A stretch of DNA of 64,000 bases from Leucoraja erinacea (Eukaryota): contig NC_073382.1 of the NCBI RefSeq assembly GCF_028641065.1, forward strand, positions 7,316,001 to 7,380,000, read 5' to 3'. Positions 50,480 to 62,831 of this stretch are shown one piece after another. Position numbers and translations under genes: made by a program. Under the pieces are notes generated by a model that did not search any database, was not told the origin of the DNA, and saw nothing but the letters and a program-made list of their open reading frames with translations. How positions within the stretch are numbered: position 1 is the first letter of the stretch; every line of letters starts with the position of its first letter.

Positions 50480-51365
50480 AAAAAAATGCTGCCCATGCTG
50501 GAAATGTCAAATAAAGCACTGGATGCACTAATTATTTGAGACATCAGACCTGGAAAAGGGAGTTAGCATGCAGATTTTAAACTACAGAGGGAGAGAGAAG
50601 AGAGGTGAAAGGTTGCTGACCAAAGTTGTCATGGTAGCAATTGCTTAAAAACTGGATGTTGGAGATGAGAGAAAAATGAGATCAATTATAGCTCTCGGGG
50701 CTAACGGAATCAGGAACGGGGTACTGATTCTTGGGGAGAAAGCAGGAAAGGGGTACTGATTCTAAATGATCAGCCATGATCATATTGAATGGCGGTGCTG
50801 GCTCGAACGGTGGAATGATCTACTCCTACACTTATTTTCTATTTTTCTAATTGAAAGGACCATTCCCGTCCATGAAGTTGTCCTCAGACTGAAGACGAGG
50901 TGCTACTCTTTGGGCTTGCAGCAATCGTTGTTGGTGTAGTGTAGGAGGCCAAAGATACAGTGGTGAGAATGTGAATGGGATAGAGAACTGGGGGCTCAGC
51001 ATCATACTGGCAGACTGAATCAGAATCAGATTTTATTCGCCAAGTATGTTTCCAAAGCAGTCAACCTACATTTGGCTTCTCCACTGTAGAAGAGGCCATA
51101 TTGTGAGTATTGAACAAATACACTAAACTAGTAGAAAGGCTGAATAGGTCCCTGGATGCTGGAAGGGAAGAAATGAAAAGGACAAGCATCTCCCTGTGGT
51201 TTCAAGGGAAGGTGATGCGAGGGGGGGTTGTAAAGGTGATCCAGGGTTTCAAGGAGGTCATGGTCCCTTTGGAAAGGGGGGGGGGGATTGTGATGGGCAC
51301 AAGTGTCAGGTGGTGGAGTATGATTGAAAGCAGCAGAAATTGTGAAGGATTATCTGTTGAATGTA
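50480..51365 (-). mobile_element. Penelope-like retroelement remnant with a short CR1 tail inserted at ~50700-50830
   Basis: Minus-strand translation FVQYSQYGLFYSGEAKCRL at ~51060-51120 resembles the GIY-YIG CxxCGLLYIGETKRRL motif. Confidence 0.6.
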
Positions 51366-52424
51366 AATCATAAGACATACGACACAGAGAAGTTTTTTTA
51401 CTCCTGTATCCTTGCCGGCCCCATAGCTAATCTTGATTAAGAAAAGAAGAAGGGTTAATTCGGGGTACATTTACCTTGAACTTGAATGCCCTCTGACCCT
51501 GGAATTATCTTCTATGTCCTCATGAATGAGTCCCATTAATCTGGTATTCCCTATACATGCTTTCTTTAGTGCCTTGATGGTAATTTGTCTTTTAGTCATT
51601 TAAAGGCATTGAATCATCTTGTCTTCCAAGAAAATATTAATTCAGCTTATGGCTCTTCACCATTCCACTGCCAGTTGTGTTTCCATCTGTCTGGTTTACT
51701 TTCTTACTTTGACCTAACACACCACCTTCCAGATGCACTTTCACACCTACCCCTGAACACGGTTTTGGTCAGCCATCTTTTTATTCCACTTTCAGTTGTG
51801 TCCATTTCTGTATGATTGGCTTTCTGCAAAGTGTCTTGAGATTTTACTATGGGAAATATGAATGTAGTCATAGAGCCCTTGAGTCAAAGAATAAAATGTT
51901 CCAATGACCTCATGTCCAATCTTCTCTTGTTTTCTCCTGGGTGTGTGTAAATTTGAACTGGGGGTGAAGGCATCTTTTTGTGCAGCAAGTGTTATGTGAA
52001 GGACTAAAGTTTAGCTTGTTTTTAAAGATGGATGTAGTTTATTGAGGTGCTAATGTAATGAAATCAAGACAGAACTGTTCACAACTATGCATTGCATTTA
52101 CAGTATTTAAAATGCATGTGAAAGGTAACTCCTGCCAGAAATCTAACAATCCAGGAGTTATTTGAGTGCTTTTTGCAGAAACTAGAAATGCCCAATGGAT
52201 CTGCATTAGTAACCAGAATGTGGATTTCAATCTGGCACCATGTCATCAACTTACAGTACTTATTGCTAATCTATAGGATGTTTTTTTGTTTTTTTAAATT
52301 TGGGTCTTTCCCAATACAGTAAGAATCTCTTCCAAGATGCTGCTCGCATTAAAATCAAAATAACAAATTAAAGTAACGAATATTGCCTTGAGATTATATA
52401 AAAAGCTTTTTATGTGATTCGCAG

Positions 52425-52578
52425 GTACTTGGGATATGATCATGCAGCAACACTCTTTCATATCAGGGACAGTCCCACAGATCCAGTGGAGAGGCCAATA
52501 TATCTAACAAATACATTCAGCTTTCCAATTATTATACACAATGTTTCTTTACCGGAGGATGCAAAGACGATGTTCAAG
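52425..52578 (+). CDS. TMEM131: TMEM131 coding exon (154 nt), YLGYDHAATLFHIRDSPTDPVERPIYLTNTFSFPIIIHNVSLPEDAKTMFK
   Basis: ttcgcag / gtaaca; lies within ORF 52414..52689. Confidence 0.96.
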
Positions 52579-52639
52579 GTAACAACGATTATCTTAATCA
52601 TGCTGTCAAGTATTTTTGTAGTGTATTGCATTATAATTA

Positions 52640-53315
52640 ATTTATTAGCCAAGTATGTAAAAACATACAAAGAATTTGATTTGTCATAAAGTCACACCAA
52701 TAAAGCAACAAGGCACACAACATAAAAAATTAACATAAACATCCACCATAGCGCACTGTGATTATCTTCTTTCCTCCTTTTCCCCCGCGGTCAGGGTAGT
52801 CGAACCATCCGCAGTTGGGGGCGATCGAAGCTCCCGCAACCGGCGATCAAAGCTCCCGCATCAGGGCAATCGAAGCTCCCCCAATCGGGGTGGTCGAAGC
52901 TCCTGCCGTTGGAGCTCCCGAAGTTGATCTTTGACCAAGGGGCCATGAGCTTCATGATATTAAGTCCCCAGGCTCCCACGGGTTGTAGCTCCCGAAGTTG
53001 GTCCCTGACAAAGGGAATACAAGCTCCACGATATTAAGTCCGCAGGCTCCCACGGTGGGAGCTTCCGAAGTCGATCCCCAGCAAAGGGACCGCCAGCTGC
53101 ACGATGTTAGGCCGCAGTGCGGACGGAGATATGATACGGAAAAAGTCGCATCTCCGTTGAGGAAAAGAGAAAAAAAAGTTTCCCGCACCCCCCACATAAT
53201 ACAAAACTAAAGATACACTAAACCATACATTTAACAACAGACTAAAAACAATAAAAGAAGAAAAGGACAAGACAGACTGTTACCGAGGCTGCCATCTTAT
53301 GGCGCCACCCGGTGG
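52640..53315 (-). mobile_element. GC-rich retroposon with internal tandem repeats
   Basis: 3' part resembles 27984-28150 (aattaac..ccaccac/atag); ~22-bp and ~74-bp tandem units inside. Confidence 0.6.
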
Positions 53316-53698
53316 TACGATGTTTGCATGTGTTCGTTATCTGGGTTGTTTTTCGAGCAATGAATTCCAGATGTAATTAGAGTCTTGATCCAGGTATAGT
53401 TGAGAACTGAATGGGAGGAGTAAGAGAAGACCATCATCATATTTAAAAATGTAGTATCAATGAACTTGCAATAAAATGTTAATTGGCATAAAGGAAGAGG
53501 GTTGTTACCAAGACATCCGCGAATCGGACAGTTGCTCCAGGACCTCCTTGGGGCTTTGTTCTAGATCTATCTTCCTATCTTGAGTTGCTGCCTTTATAAT
53601 GTTTGCTGATTGCACATATTAAATCTTTTCCAAAAATTGAACGTATCAGGTAGCTTTTGCACGGTAATGTTCAAAAACTTGTATGAAAGTAACATGAA

Positions 53699-54022
53699 AC
53701 TTTAGAGATACAGCGCAGAAACAGGCCCTCAACCCACCGAGTCAGCGGTGAACAGTGATTCTTTCCCTCCCCCCCCCCCCCCCCCCCCGGAACACTAACG
53801 CTATCCTACACACTAGGGACAATTTTCTATTTTACAGAAGTCAATTATCCGACTAACCTGTATGTCTCCGGAATGTGGGAGGCAATCAGACCACACAGAG
53901 AAAATCCATGTGGTCACAGGGAGAACGTACAAAATCCGTACAGATAGCACCCATAGTCGGGATCAAACCCGGGTCTTTGGCGCTGTAAGGCAGCAGCTCT
54001 GCCGTTATCCCTCTGTGCCGTC
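53699..54022 (-). mobile_element. tRNA-derived SINE (V-SINE/HE1-like)
   Basis: Reverse complement of the same family. Confidence 0.9.
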
Positions 54023-54392
54023 TTAAGAAACACTAAAGCACACCAATGCAGGCAATGATTTGCTCCAAGAAGAAAATTGAATCATACCCCTTTGATTTTG
54101 GTGATAATATTATCACTCAATCCCTCAGTAAAAACCTCCTGCGTAGTTGCTGTTGTAAGCTGTATATACACTTTAGCTGCTTGGTATGGTCATAGGATTC
54201 TCTGTTGAGTCATTCGTCTAATTACTGAAAATCTTCCTGTCATCTACACAACAAAAGTTAGGAGTGCGACCTGGATGACGACAACTCTATTAACTTTTAA
54301 GATATTTGGCATTCAAAGTAGCTCACTCGATTGCCATATCCCTCCAACTCCGATTTTGGGAGTTACTTCAATATATGCACTGCAGTGATATA

Positions 54393-56003
54393 CAGTGCCC
54401 TCTATAATGTTTGGGACAAAGACCCATCAATTATTTATTTGCCTCCGTACTCCACAATTTGAGATTTGTAATACAAAAAATCACATGTGGTTAAAGTGCA
54501 CATTGTCAGATTTTATTAAAGGCCATTTTTATACATTTTGGTTTCACCATTAGAAATTACAGCTGTGTTTATAGATACTCCCCCCATTTCAGGGCACCAT
54601 AATGTTTGGGACACATGGCTTCATTTGTAATTGCTCAGGTGTGTTTAATTGCTTCCTTAATGCAGGTATGAGATAGCTCTCAGCACCTAGTCTTTCCTCC
54701 AGTCTTTCCATCACCTTTGGAAACCTTTATTGCTGTTTATCAACATGAGGACCAAAGTTGTGCCAATGAAAGTCAAAGAAGCCATTATGAGACTGAGAAA
54801 ACAAGAATAAAACTGTTGGAGACATCAGCCAAACCCTAATCTTACCAAAATCAACTGGTGAGCTCACTAATCGCAAAGGGACTGGCAGGCCAAGGAAGAC
54901 CTCCACAGCTGATGACAGAAGAATTCTCTCTATAATAAAGAAAAATCCCCAAACATCTGTCCGACAGATCAGAAACACTCTTCAGAAGTCAGGAGTGGAT
55001 TTGTCAATGACCACGGTCCGCAGAAGACTGCATGAACAGAAATACAGAGGCTACACTGCAAGATGCAAACCACTGGTTAGCCGGATAAAAAAGGGTGGCC
55101 AGATTACAGTTTGCCAAGAAGTACTTAAAAGAGCAACCACAGTTCTGGAAAAAGGTCTTGTGGACAGATGTAATGAAGATTAATGAAGATTAACTTATAT
55201 CAGAGTGATGGCAAGAGCAAAGTATGGAGGAGAGAAGGAACTGCCCAAAATCCAAAGCATACCATCTCATCTGTGAAACACAGTGGTGGGGGTGTTATGG
55301 CCTGGGCTGCTGAAGGTACTGGCTCACCTATTGTCATTGATGATATAACTGCTGACGGTGGTAGCATAATGAATTCTGAAGTGTAAATCTGCTCCTATCT
55401 GCTCAAGTTCAAACAAATGCCTCAAAACCCATTGGCTGGCGGTTCATTCTACAGCAAGACAATGATCACAAACATACTGCTAAAGCAACAAAGGAGTTTT
55501 TCAAAGCTAAAAAAATGGTCAATTCTTGAGTGGCCAAGTCAATCACCCGATTTGAACCCAATTGAGTATGCTTTTTATATGCTGAAGAGAAAATCGAAGG
55601 GGACTCGCCCCCAAAACAAGCATAAGCTGAAGATGGCTGCAATCCAGGCCTGGCAGAGCATCACCAGAGAAGACACCCAGCAACTGGTGATGTCCATGAA
55701 TCGCAGACTTCAAGCAGTCATTGCATGCAAAGGATACGCAACAACATACTAAACATGACCACATTTATTTACATGACATTGCTGTATCCCAAACATTATG
55801 GTGTCCTGAAATGGGGGGACTGTATAAACACTGCTGTAATTTCTACATGGTGAAACCAAATTGTATAAAAATGGCCTTGATTAAAATCTGGCAATGTGCA
55901 CTTTAACCACATGTGATATTTTGTATTACAAATCTGAAATTGTGGAGTACAGAGGCAAATAAATAAATGATGGGTCTTGTCCCAAACATCATGGAGGGCA
56001 TTG
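54393..56003 (+). mobile_element. Full-length (1611 bp) decayed Tc1-family DNA transposon, IR/DR type, DD34E
   Basis: TA at 54391-54392 and 56004-56005; ~220-bp TIRs (CAGTGCCCTC.. / ..GAGGGCATTG), each with the internal repeat ATAATGTTTGGGACA; frameshifted transposase motifs KVLWTD, QQDNDHKHT, WPSQSPDLNPIE; 34 residues between D and E after correcting a 1-nt insertion. Confidence 0.95.
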
Positions 56004-56129
56004 TAAGCGTCGGACCAGCACTTCCAGTGGGACAATTAAGGATAGCCAATGTGTTGCCAGTAATGTGTCATTCAAGAGCATCTATTTTCTGCAAAGATTA
56101 AACTGTGACCTATTTTCCCTTTCTTGCAG

Positions 56130-56300
56130 ATTAAAAATTTCAGCACACCAGTTTCTGTTCCGCCACACAAAGCACTCTATATATTCTCTCTCCTTTTCAC
56201 GGCGACCACTTCCTCCATTCATATAGACAGCAACATCCTGCTCATTACAAATGCATCAAAATTCCATTTGCCTGTTCGAGCCTACACGGGGTTTTTAGAT
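56130..56300 (+). CDS. TMEM131: TMEM131 coding exon (171 nt), IKNFSTPVSVPPHKALYIFSLLFTATTSSIHIDSNILLITNASKFHLPVRAYTGFLD
   Basis: ttcttgcag / gtaagt. Confidence 0.96.
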
Positions 56301-57168
56301 GTAAGTATACAAGTGGAAACAAATTGTGTGAAAACGTGGATGATGACATTTCTAATGAAGTTCAGTTGACTGAAAACAAGGTATATTTATGTACTACTAA
56401 GTGGGTTTTAGGTTACATCAATTATGTTTTCTATTCTGCACAATTTAAGAACAGTATTCAAACTAACAAATATTTTTTTTGTGATTTTGTTTTGCATATT
56501 TTAAAGATGTCTTTGAAAGTTGATGTTTCAATTTTGCTTCTATTTGATTTTGTTAAAAAAAAAAAGAGCCTTGGAGCTCACCCCTTGGAGCTCACCCCTT
56601 ATGCTAATAGTTAATGGTCTTACATTTTCAGTTGGGCTATATTTTACTGTTACTGCAGTGTTAATTTGCTTAGTCTATCATTATGCCACATGTATAATCT
56701 GTGTTTTGCATTTTTTTTTTTTTGAGCACACACAATGTTTTTAGCAGGGTGATGACTAGCCATTCTAGATGTCATGGGGAATTGACTGTTGGAGAAAGGG
56801 AAATAATGGCTGGTTTGGAGAATTGCGAATTGGTGAGGGTCTTGAAGGATTCTCAAGGTGGAAGGATACCTAAATAATTGGATAAAGCATGGGCTGACAC
56901 TGGACATGGTTAAGGAAAAACCCAAAACATGCTAGCATATAGTGAGTAAAAAGATAACCAGAGAATGAATAAGGCCTATCAGGAACCTAAGTAGCGTGCA
57001 TGGACGATATCTGTGAGGTATGAAATGAATATTTCTCACCTGTGTTCATTGTGGAGGATAACATTGAAGTTGGAAAATTTAGGATGAGGCTAGTGGAATT
57101 CTGAATCAAATTACCATCGACAACTGTTAAATGTCTTAGCAGACTTAAAGGCAGATAAAGCCCTAGAG

Positions 57169-57382
57169 CAGGGGGTTCGCAACCTTTTTTGTCCTGTTTA
57201 CCCCTGAAAACTTGAATAGCACATAATAATGTCATTTCACTTATTTATGAAGAACTAATGATGAACAGATACCCATATACCAGAACCAAACAGTGTCAGT
57301 CAAAGAGTCAAAATATGTACAAATCCAGAATCAGCAAATTTACCCCCTGGGGATAAATTTACCCCAGGTTGGGAACCCTTTG
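57169..57382. mobile_element. Non-autonomous hAT (Charlie-type) MITE, 214 bp
   Basis: TIRs CAGGGGGTTCGCAACCT / AGGTTGGGAACCCTTTG; 8-bp TSD CCCTAGAG (57161-57168) / CCCTAGAA (57383-57390). Confidence 0.88.
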
Positions 57383-57809
57383 CCCTAGAATCTGATGAGA
57401 TATATTCAAGGTTGCGATGGAAGGTCAAGAAAAGACTAGTTGGGATCTGACCTATTTTCATACTACCTTTGGCCACCAAAGAGGTGCCAGAAAGCTGAAG
57501 GAGAGTCAAAGTGGTACCTTTATTCAAGAAGAGCAGCTGGGGATAAGACAGGTGATTGCTGACCTTTGAATAAGAAGTCAGTGGTTGGGAAATTATTGGA
57601 AAAAATCAGATTAGAATAGAAAAATCTCATCAAATTAAATGCGATTAGATTGACAAAATTAATCTGCATATGGAGAGGCAGGGATTAATCAGAAAATCAA
57701 CACTTCTTTAAAGGCAAGTCCTATTTGACTCGTCTGATTGAAATTGATGTGTCAAGGAGGATTGGTTGGTTGATGTAGTCCACATAGTGTTCATTAATCT
57801 CTGAATCGC

Positions 57810-58016
57810 TGGAACTCTCTGCCACAGAAGGTAGTTGAGGCCAGTTCATTGGCTATATTTAAGAGGGAGTTAGATGTGGCCCTTGTGGCTAAAGGGATCA
57901 GGGGGTATGGAGAGAAGGCAGGTACAAGATACTGAGTTGGACGATCAGCCATGATCATATTGAATGGCTCAAAGGGCCGAATGGCCTACTCCTGCACCTA
58001 TTTTCTATGTTTCTAT
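57810..58016 (+). mobile_element. Young CR1 3' end
   Basis: Near identical to the 5777 and 62350 copies, opposite orientation. Confidence 0.9.
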
Positions 58017-59172
58017 TAACACCCCACTTAGTGAACTGATCCAAAAGTTATAAACCAAGACACAACCTGGCAAATTGGATTTAAAGTTGGCTTGATGACG
58101 AAACCAGAGAGTGATTGTTGAATGTTTTGTGAAATTGAAAACTTTGCTGGGACCCTTACTTTAGGCATTCATAATCTAAATGTAGGAGATATGATGATTA
58201 AATTCAGATAATTCTAGTGATGTCCATGATCTTGAGGAGAATCGTCCTGGTTGCAGAATGATGATCAGTTGGTAGAATGGGCAGTGAAATGCCAAGTGGC
58301 ATTTAATGCTGGAAAAAAAAGTAGTAGATTAAAAAAAAATTAACCTAATATTAGATAAGGTGCTTAAGATGATATATGGGTTACTTACCATTCATCAACG
58401 GGAGATAGAATGAGAAAGGGAGGTGGGTTATGGTAAAACTATTGTTTGTTAATCCTCTGCTGGAGTCCGATGTGCAGTTCTTGTTGCCACACAATAGGAA
58501 AGATGTGATTACTTTGGAAGGGGTGATACTGACATTCACTGTTGCGTGTGTGTGTGTGTGTGTGTGTGTTTTAGCTATGAGGAGATGCATGATAGTCTGG
58601 ATTTGTTTTCTTTGGAACATTGAAGGCTGAGGGTATGATCAAAATAAGTTGTGTGCAGTTATGAGAAGCTTGGGTAAATAATGAGAAACTCGGGAGATTT
58701 TGGAAATAATTAGATGAGCATCATGCCGCAGAAGGCTGCAGGCAGGAGCAAGCGGTGGGAAAGGGGAGTAACAGAGAGGTATTTTGTGGCCTGCATGGGA
58801 ATGGTGGGCCAAAGGACCTGTTTTTATATGCTATATGATTCTAATTCTAAATACATTAGTACATCTAGTAATGTAAAGTTTATTTTTAAACACATTCATG
58901 GTGCACCTATAACACTAGTTTTGCCTTTACATGAATCCAAAGCAGTTGCAATTACCATCGTACTGCCATGTTACAGTAGTGACTATATTCTGTTTTGAAG
59001 TGTGCTTTAGAATCCACTTCAAATAATGCTTGGAGATGTTTGTACTGGTATGTTTGGTTTGTGTTTCTTAAAGATATAATTCATGAATCTAGATTTGAAA
59101 TAGAATGGAATCTCACTTTATTTTTTTTATGGGTATTATAACTCTAAAGGAATAATTTTGTTATATTTGCAG

Positions 59173-59283
59173 TACTTTGTACTTCCTCCAAGTTTAGAGG
59201 ACCGCATCATAGATTTTGGTGTTCTGAGTGCCACGGAAGAGGGCAATATTATTTTTATCATAAGGAACAGCAATCCGATTGAG
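59173..59283 (+). CDS. TMEM131: TMEM131 coding exon (111 nt), YFVLPPSLEDRIIDFGVLSATEEGNIIFIIRNSNPIE
   Basis: tttgcag / gtaatg; phase 0-0. Confidence 0.95.
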
Positions 59284-59393
59284 GTAATGTACCCCTTTTA
59301 CAACAATTTTTAATTCCTACGAAAGTTGTGATACAATATTTCATTATTTATTGAGTGATTTTTCTTTTAATTTATTTTTTCCCCTCCGTTTAG

Positions 59394-59528
59394 CTGGCAG
59401 TGAAAGCCTGGTATGTAGTAGGCGATGGCCTCAGCATAGAGCTGCTGATTGTAGAAAAAGGCAACAAAACAACAATAATTTCCAGCCTAGCTGATTTAGA
59501 AAAGTTATCTTCGACAGAACAGTCTTCT
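59394..59528 (+). CDS. TMEM131: TMEM131 coding exon (135 nt), LAVKAWYVVGDGLSIELLIVEKGNKTTIISSLADLEKLSSTEQSS
   Basis: ccgtttag / gtaagt; phase 0-0. Confidence 0.95.
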
Positions 59529-60279
59529 GTAAGTTATTTTTGATCCTACATGCCAGTTTCGTAAACGTTAATGGTTTATTTTGGCTGAATTTCCTTACAG
59601 TATATAGGCCGAGATGGCCTGTTTCCGTGCTGTAATTGTTATATGGTTATATGTATAGTTCTGGTAGGATTGCAAGCTTACAATTCTGTTTTCTCCCAAA
59701 TGGATTTAACATTTAATTTTACGCATTTCAAAAAATATTTATAAATTATTTCAAATGCCTGCCCACCCATTATATTCTTATCCCAGTATCTCCTGCAATG
59801 GTACTTTTTCCATCATCGTATCCAGTACTGGCAACCAAAGTTTAAGTATACCATGTCTGAAAATGGTTACTTTTTTCCTGCGCCCTATAAATATCTTAGC
59901 CCTAACATCAGCAGACACCCTTTTAAATAAGGTGGACTTCTTTTAAACAAACCCTGTATCAAAAATTGTCATATTGTAAAAATCTTATTTTGACAGAATC
60001 CTTATTCCATTCCCACAGTAAATCTTAATATTTGCTTATGTTAACCTAATTTAACCTAATTAATTTGGATTAATTTGATACTGTCAGTGAATAGTGAAAA
60101 GGGCATTTGATGTACTTGCCTACATTGGCTGAGGCACGTATAAGAGTTGGGACATAATCTTGCAGTTATATGAAACATTGGTTGGACCACACTAGAGGAT
60201 TGTGCACAGTTCTGATTGCCACACCATTGGAAGGATATGGTAGCAATAGAAGAAGTGCACGACAGGTACACCTGGATGT

Positions 60280-60815
60280 TTTGGTCTGAAGAAGGCCCCA
60301 ATCAGAAATGTCACCTATCCATGTTCTCCAGAGATGCTGCCTGGCCTGCTGAGTTACTTCAGCACTTCAGTGTCTTTTTCATAAACCAGCACCTGCAGAT
60401 CCTTGTATCTCTCTACCACACCAGGATGTTAGCTGGAATGGAGAGATTTTGTAGGCTAAATGCTAGAGTAACTCAGCAGGTCAGGCAGCATCTCTGGAGA
60501 AAATGAATAGGTGACATTTTGGTTTGGGACCCTGCTTCAGACTAATTGTTTGGGGGGGGGGGGGGTGGGGGAAAGAGACATATCACAAGAAAAGACCAGG
60601 ACGAATCTGTGCTGGCAACAGATGACCTCGGGCAGGTTGATTCCCCGATAGGCCAGTTGTCTGGTATTTTGCTTTCAGTTCCTCCTTTCCTTTTCCCTCC
60701 CTGCCCCCTCTCTACCATCCGTCTGAAGAACGGTCCCAACCCGAAATATCACCTATCTATATTCTTCTGAGTTGCCACATGACCGGCACAGTTTCTCCAG
60801 CATTTTGTGCCCCTC
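60280..60815. mobile_element. Cluster of alternating-orientation Penelope-related terminal units
   Basis: Units at ~60283 (+), ~60460-60543 (-) and ~60720 (+). Confidence 0.75.
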
Positions 60816-61565
60816 TTGTTTTTGTTCATGGAAAGCTTAGTAATGTTAAATTCAGTGAAGTGTGCAGTTTGATATGTATACACTTAATCAGTTAAAAGCT
60901 TTACAGGTTGAACATTCAGTTTTTAAAATGATAGGGCTTAAAGAGTTGTGGATTCACTGATGGGATTTGTAGTAAAAATGAAATCTTCTTTAGAATCCCA
61001 GTTGAATCGTTCTTCAGACCAATGGTGGAGACTTCCTTTAGCAATTAGATGGTTCAACATGGAAACATTATTGACTTCTGTTTAATGTATCTTTGCCTGC
61101 AATGAGTGGATCAAAACAGGAATATTACAGTGCGGCTGAAATGTTTTTTTTGTATTTTGTATCCTTTTAAATGACTAACCGTAAAGGAGAATAATTAAAG
61201 CTTGAAAGTAGATTTTGAAGTGTAATTAATGTCTAAAGAAAAAGTAGGAATTTTTTCGTCAAAATTTAAAAAAACTGGAGGCACTGTAAATTTGAAATAG
61301 AAAATGCTGGAAATATTAAACAACAAGGTGGTGTTATTGGAGGAAGAAAAACAGTTAATGTTTCGATGTGAAGAGTATTCTTCAGGACTGGAAAAGTGAG
61401 TTGGCAATTTAGTTAAGTTGCAAAGATGATGAAATGGGGGGGCTGATAGGATGAAGGGAATGCCTTTGAAAGGAGGAGGAGATGAGTCGTTCTGATGATG
61501 TGCTTATGGAGTATACTCTTTATAACCCATTATTAGCATAGAATGTAGAATTATTGAAGACCATA

Positions 61566-62255
61566 TTAATAATAATAATAATAATAAACTTTATTGCGGA
61601 TTCAAGGTCCAGACAAGGGGCAACATTACATTAAAAATGCATTGCATATCAAATATCATAAATATATATAAAATCATGGTATATCACATAAAAACATCAT
61701 AATTTATATTTAATAAAAACCCACAATACTTAAGTTTAAAAATCCAGATTAAAAGATGATCAATGTCCTACAACGAGACAACGATACCAGTGTCTCCACA
61801 GCTGGGATTCGTAGCATGTAGTGCTAACCCTTATGTTTGTCAAGGCCACAATAAGCACATTTTTAGAGTCATTTATCCTGCAAATGAATTTATACATGTC
61901 TTAGGATAGCTTCTAAAGTACTGACTCCTGCAGCCACAAACATATTACTGGCACTACACCATCTAGATTGCCTTAGTAGTGTTCTCATGGCATCGTTATA
62001 TGCCACCTTTAGTCTCTGCATACTTGTCTTTAAATAGTTCGACCACAGGTGCGCAGTGTAGAGGGGTGTGCAATATGATCTAAATAGCGACATCTTCACC
62101 ACATCTGCACACGCACCAAATTTACGCAAGAGGATATTTGCCTGTACATACAGCATGCGTCGTTGCCTATAAATATCCTCATCATCTGTCATTTGTTCTG
62201 TAATAATATGCCCTAGATATTTTATCTTATTACAGACACTAAGATTGTTGTCAGA
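61566..62255 (-). mobile_element. RTE-X/RTEX-like LINE 3' part with (TAA)n tail
   Basis: Uninterrupted LSVCNKIKYLGHIITEQMTDDEDIYRQRRMLYVQANILLRKFGAC..LFRSYCTPLYTAHLW; AATAAA and TAA repeats at the 3' end. Clade assignment is from recalled similarity. Confidence 0.75.
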
Positions 62256-62349
62256 CAATGTCAGACATATTGAACCTCGAATCAACAAATGCAACAAATT
62301 GTTGTTGAAAGGGTCAAAATTGCAGCAAGTCTCCACCCTGTTAAAACAT

Positions 62350-62698
62350 TCATAGAAACATAGAAAATAGGTGCAGGAGTAGGCCATTCGGCCCTTCGAG
62401 CCTGCACCGCCATTCAATATGATCATGGCTGATTTTCCAACTCGGTATTCTGTACCTGCCTTCTCTCCATACCCTTTAGCCACAAGGACCACATCTAACT
62501 CCCTCTTAAATATAGCCGATGAACTGGCCTCAACTACCTTCTGTGGCAGGGAATTCCAGAGATTCACCACTCTCTGTGTGAAAAATGTTTTCCTCATCTC
62601 GGTCCTAAAAGATTTCCCCCTTATCCTTAAACTGTGACCCCTTGTTCTGGACTTCCCCAACATCGGGAACAATCTTCTTGCATCTAGCCTGTCCAACC
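62350..62698 (-). mobile_element. Young CR1 3' end
   Basis: DRLDARRLFPMLGKSRTRGHSLRIRGKSFRTEMRKTFFTQRVVNLWNSLPQ. Confidence 0.92.
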
Positions 62699-62831
62699 TG
62701 TACTGTTGACTTGGTTTGTATTTGATTGTTTATTTGGTTGCTATTCTTTCCGGATTAAGATATTGGGAATTATATCAAGCATATGAAATCTATGATATGT
62801 ACTCGAACACAATCTTGTGCATTCTTTGCAG

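Larger units (their letters stand above)
56730..58840 (+). mobile_element. Old, heavily decayed CR1 ORF2 remnant hosting a hAT MITE and a younger CR1
   Basis: Residual CR1 RT motifs (gtggtacctttattcaagaag; ggcaagtcctatttgact; tgtgcagttcttgttgccacac). Confidence 0.7.

Noticed and set aside
52790-53115. CRISPR-like array
   Set aside because: Eukaryotic intron; units are tandem and degenerate with no unique spacers or cas genes.
61890-62696. Longest ORF (268 aa, minus strand) as a novel gene
   Set aside because: Chance in-frame fusion of a CR1 3' end, spacer DNA and an RTEX-like LINE fragment.
19696-62831. U12-type or non-canonical introns
   Set aside because: All 14 internal introns are GT-AG and none has the GTATCCTT donor.
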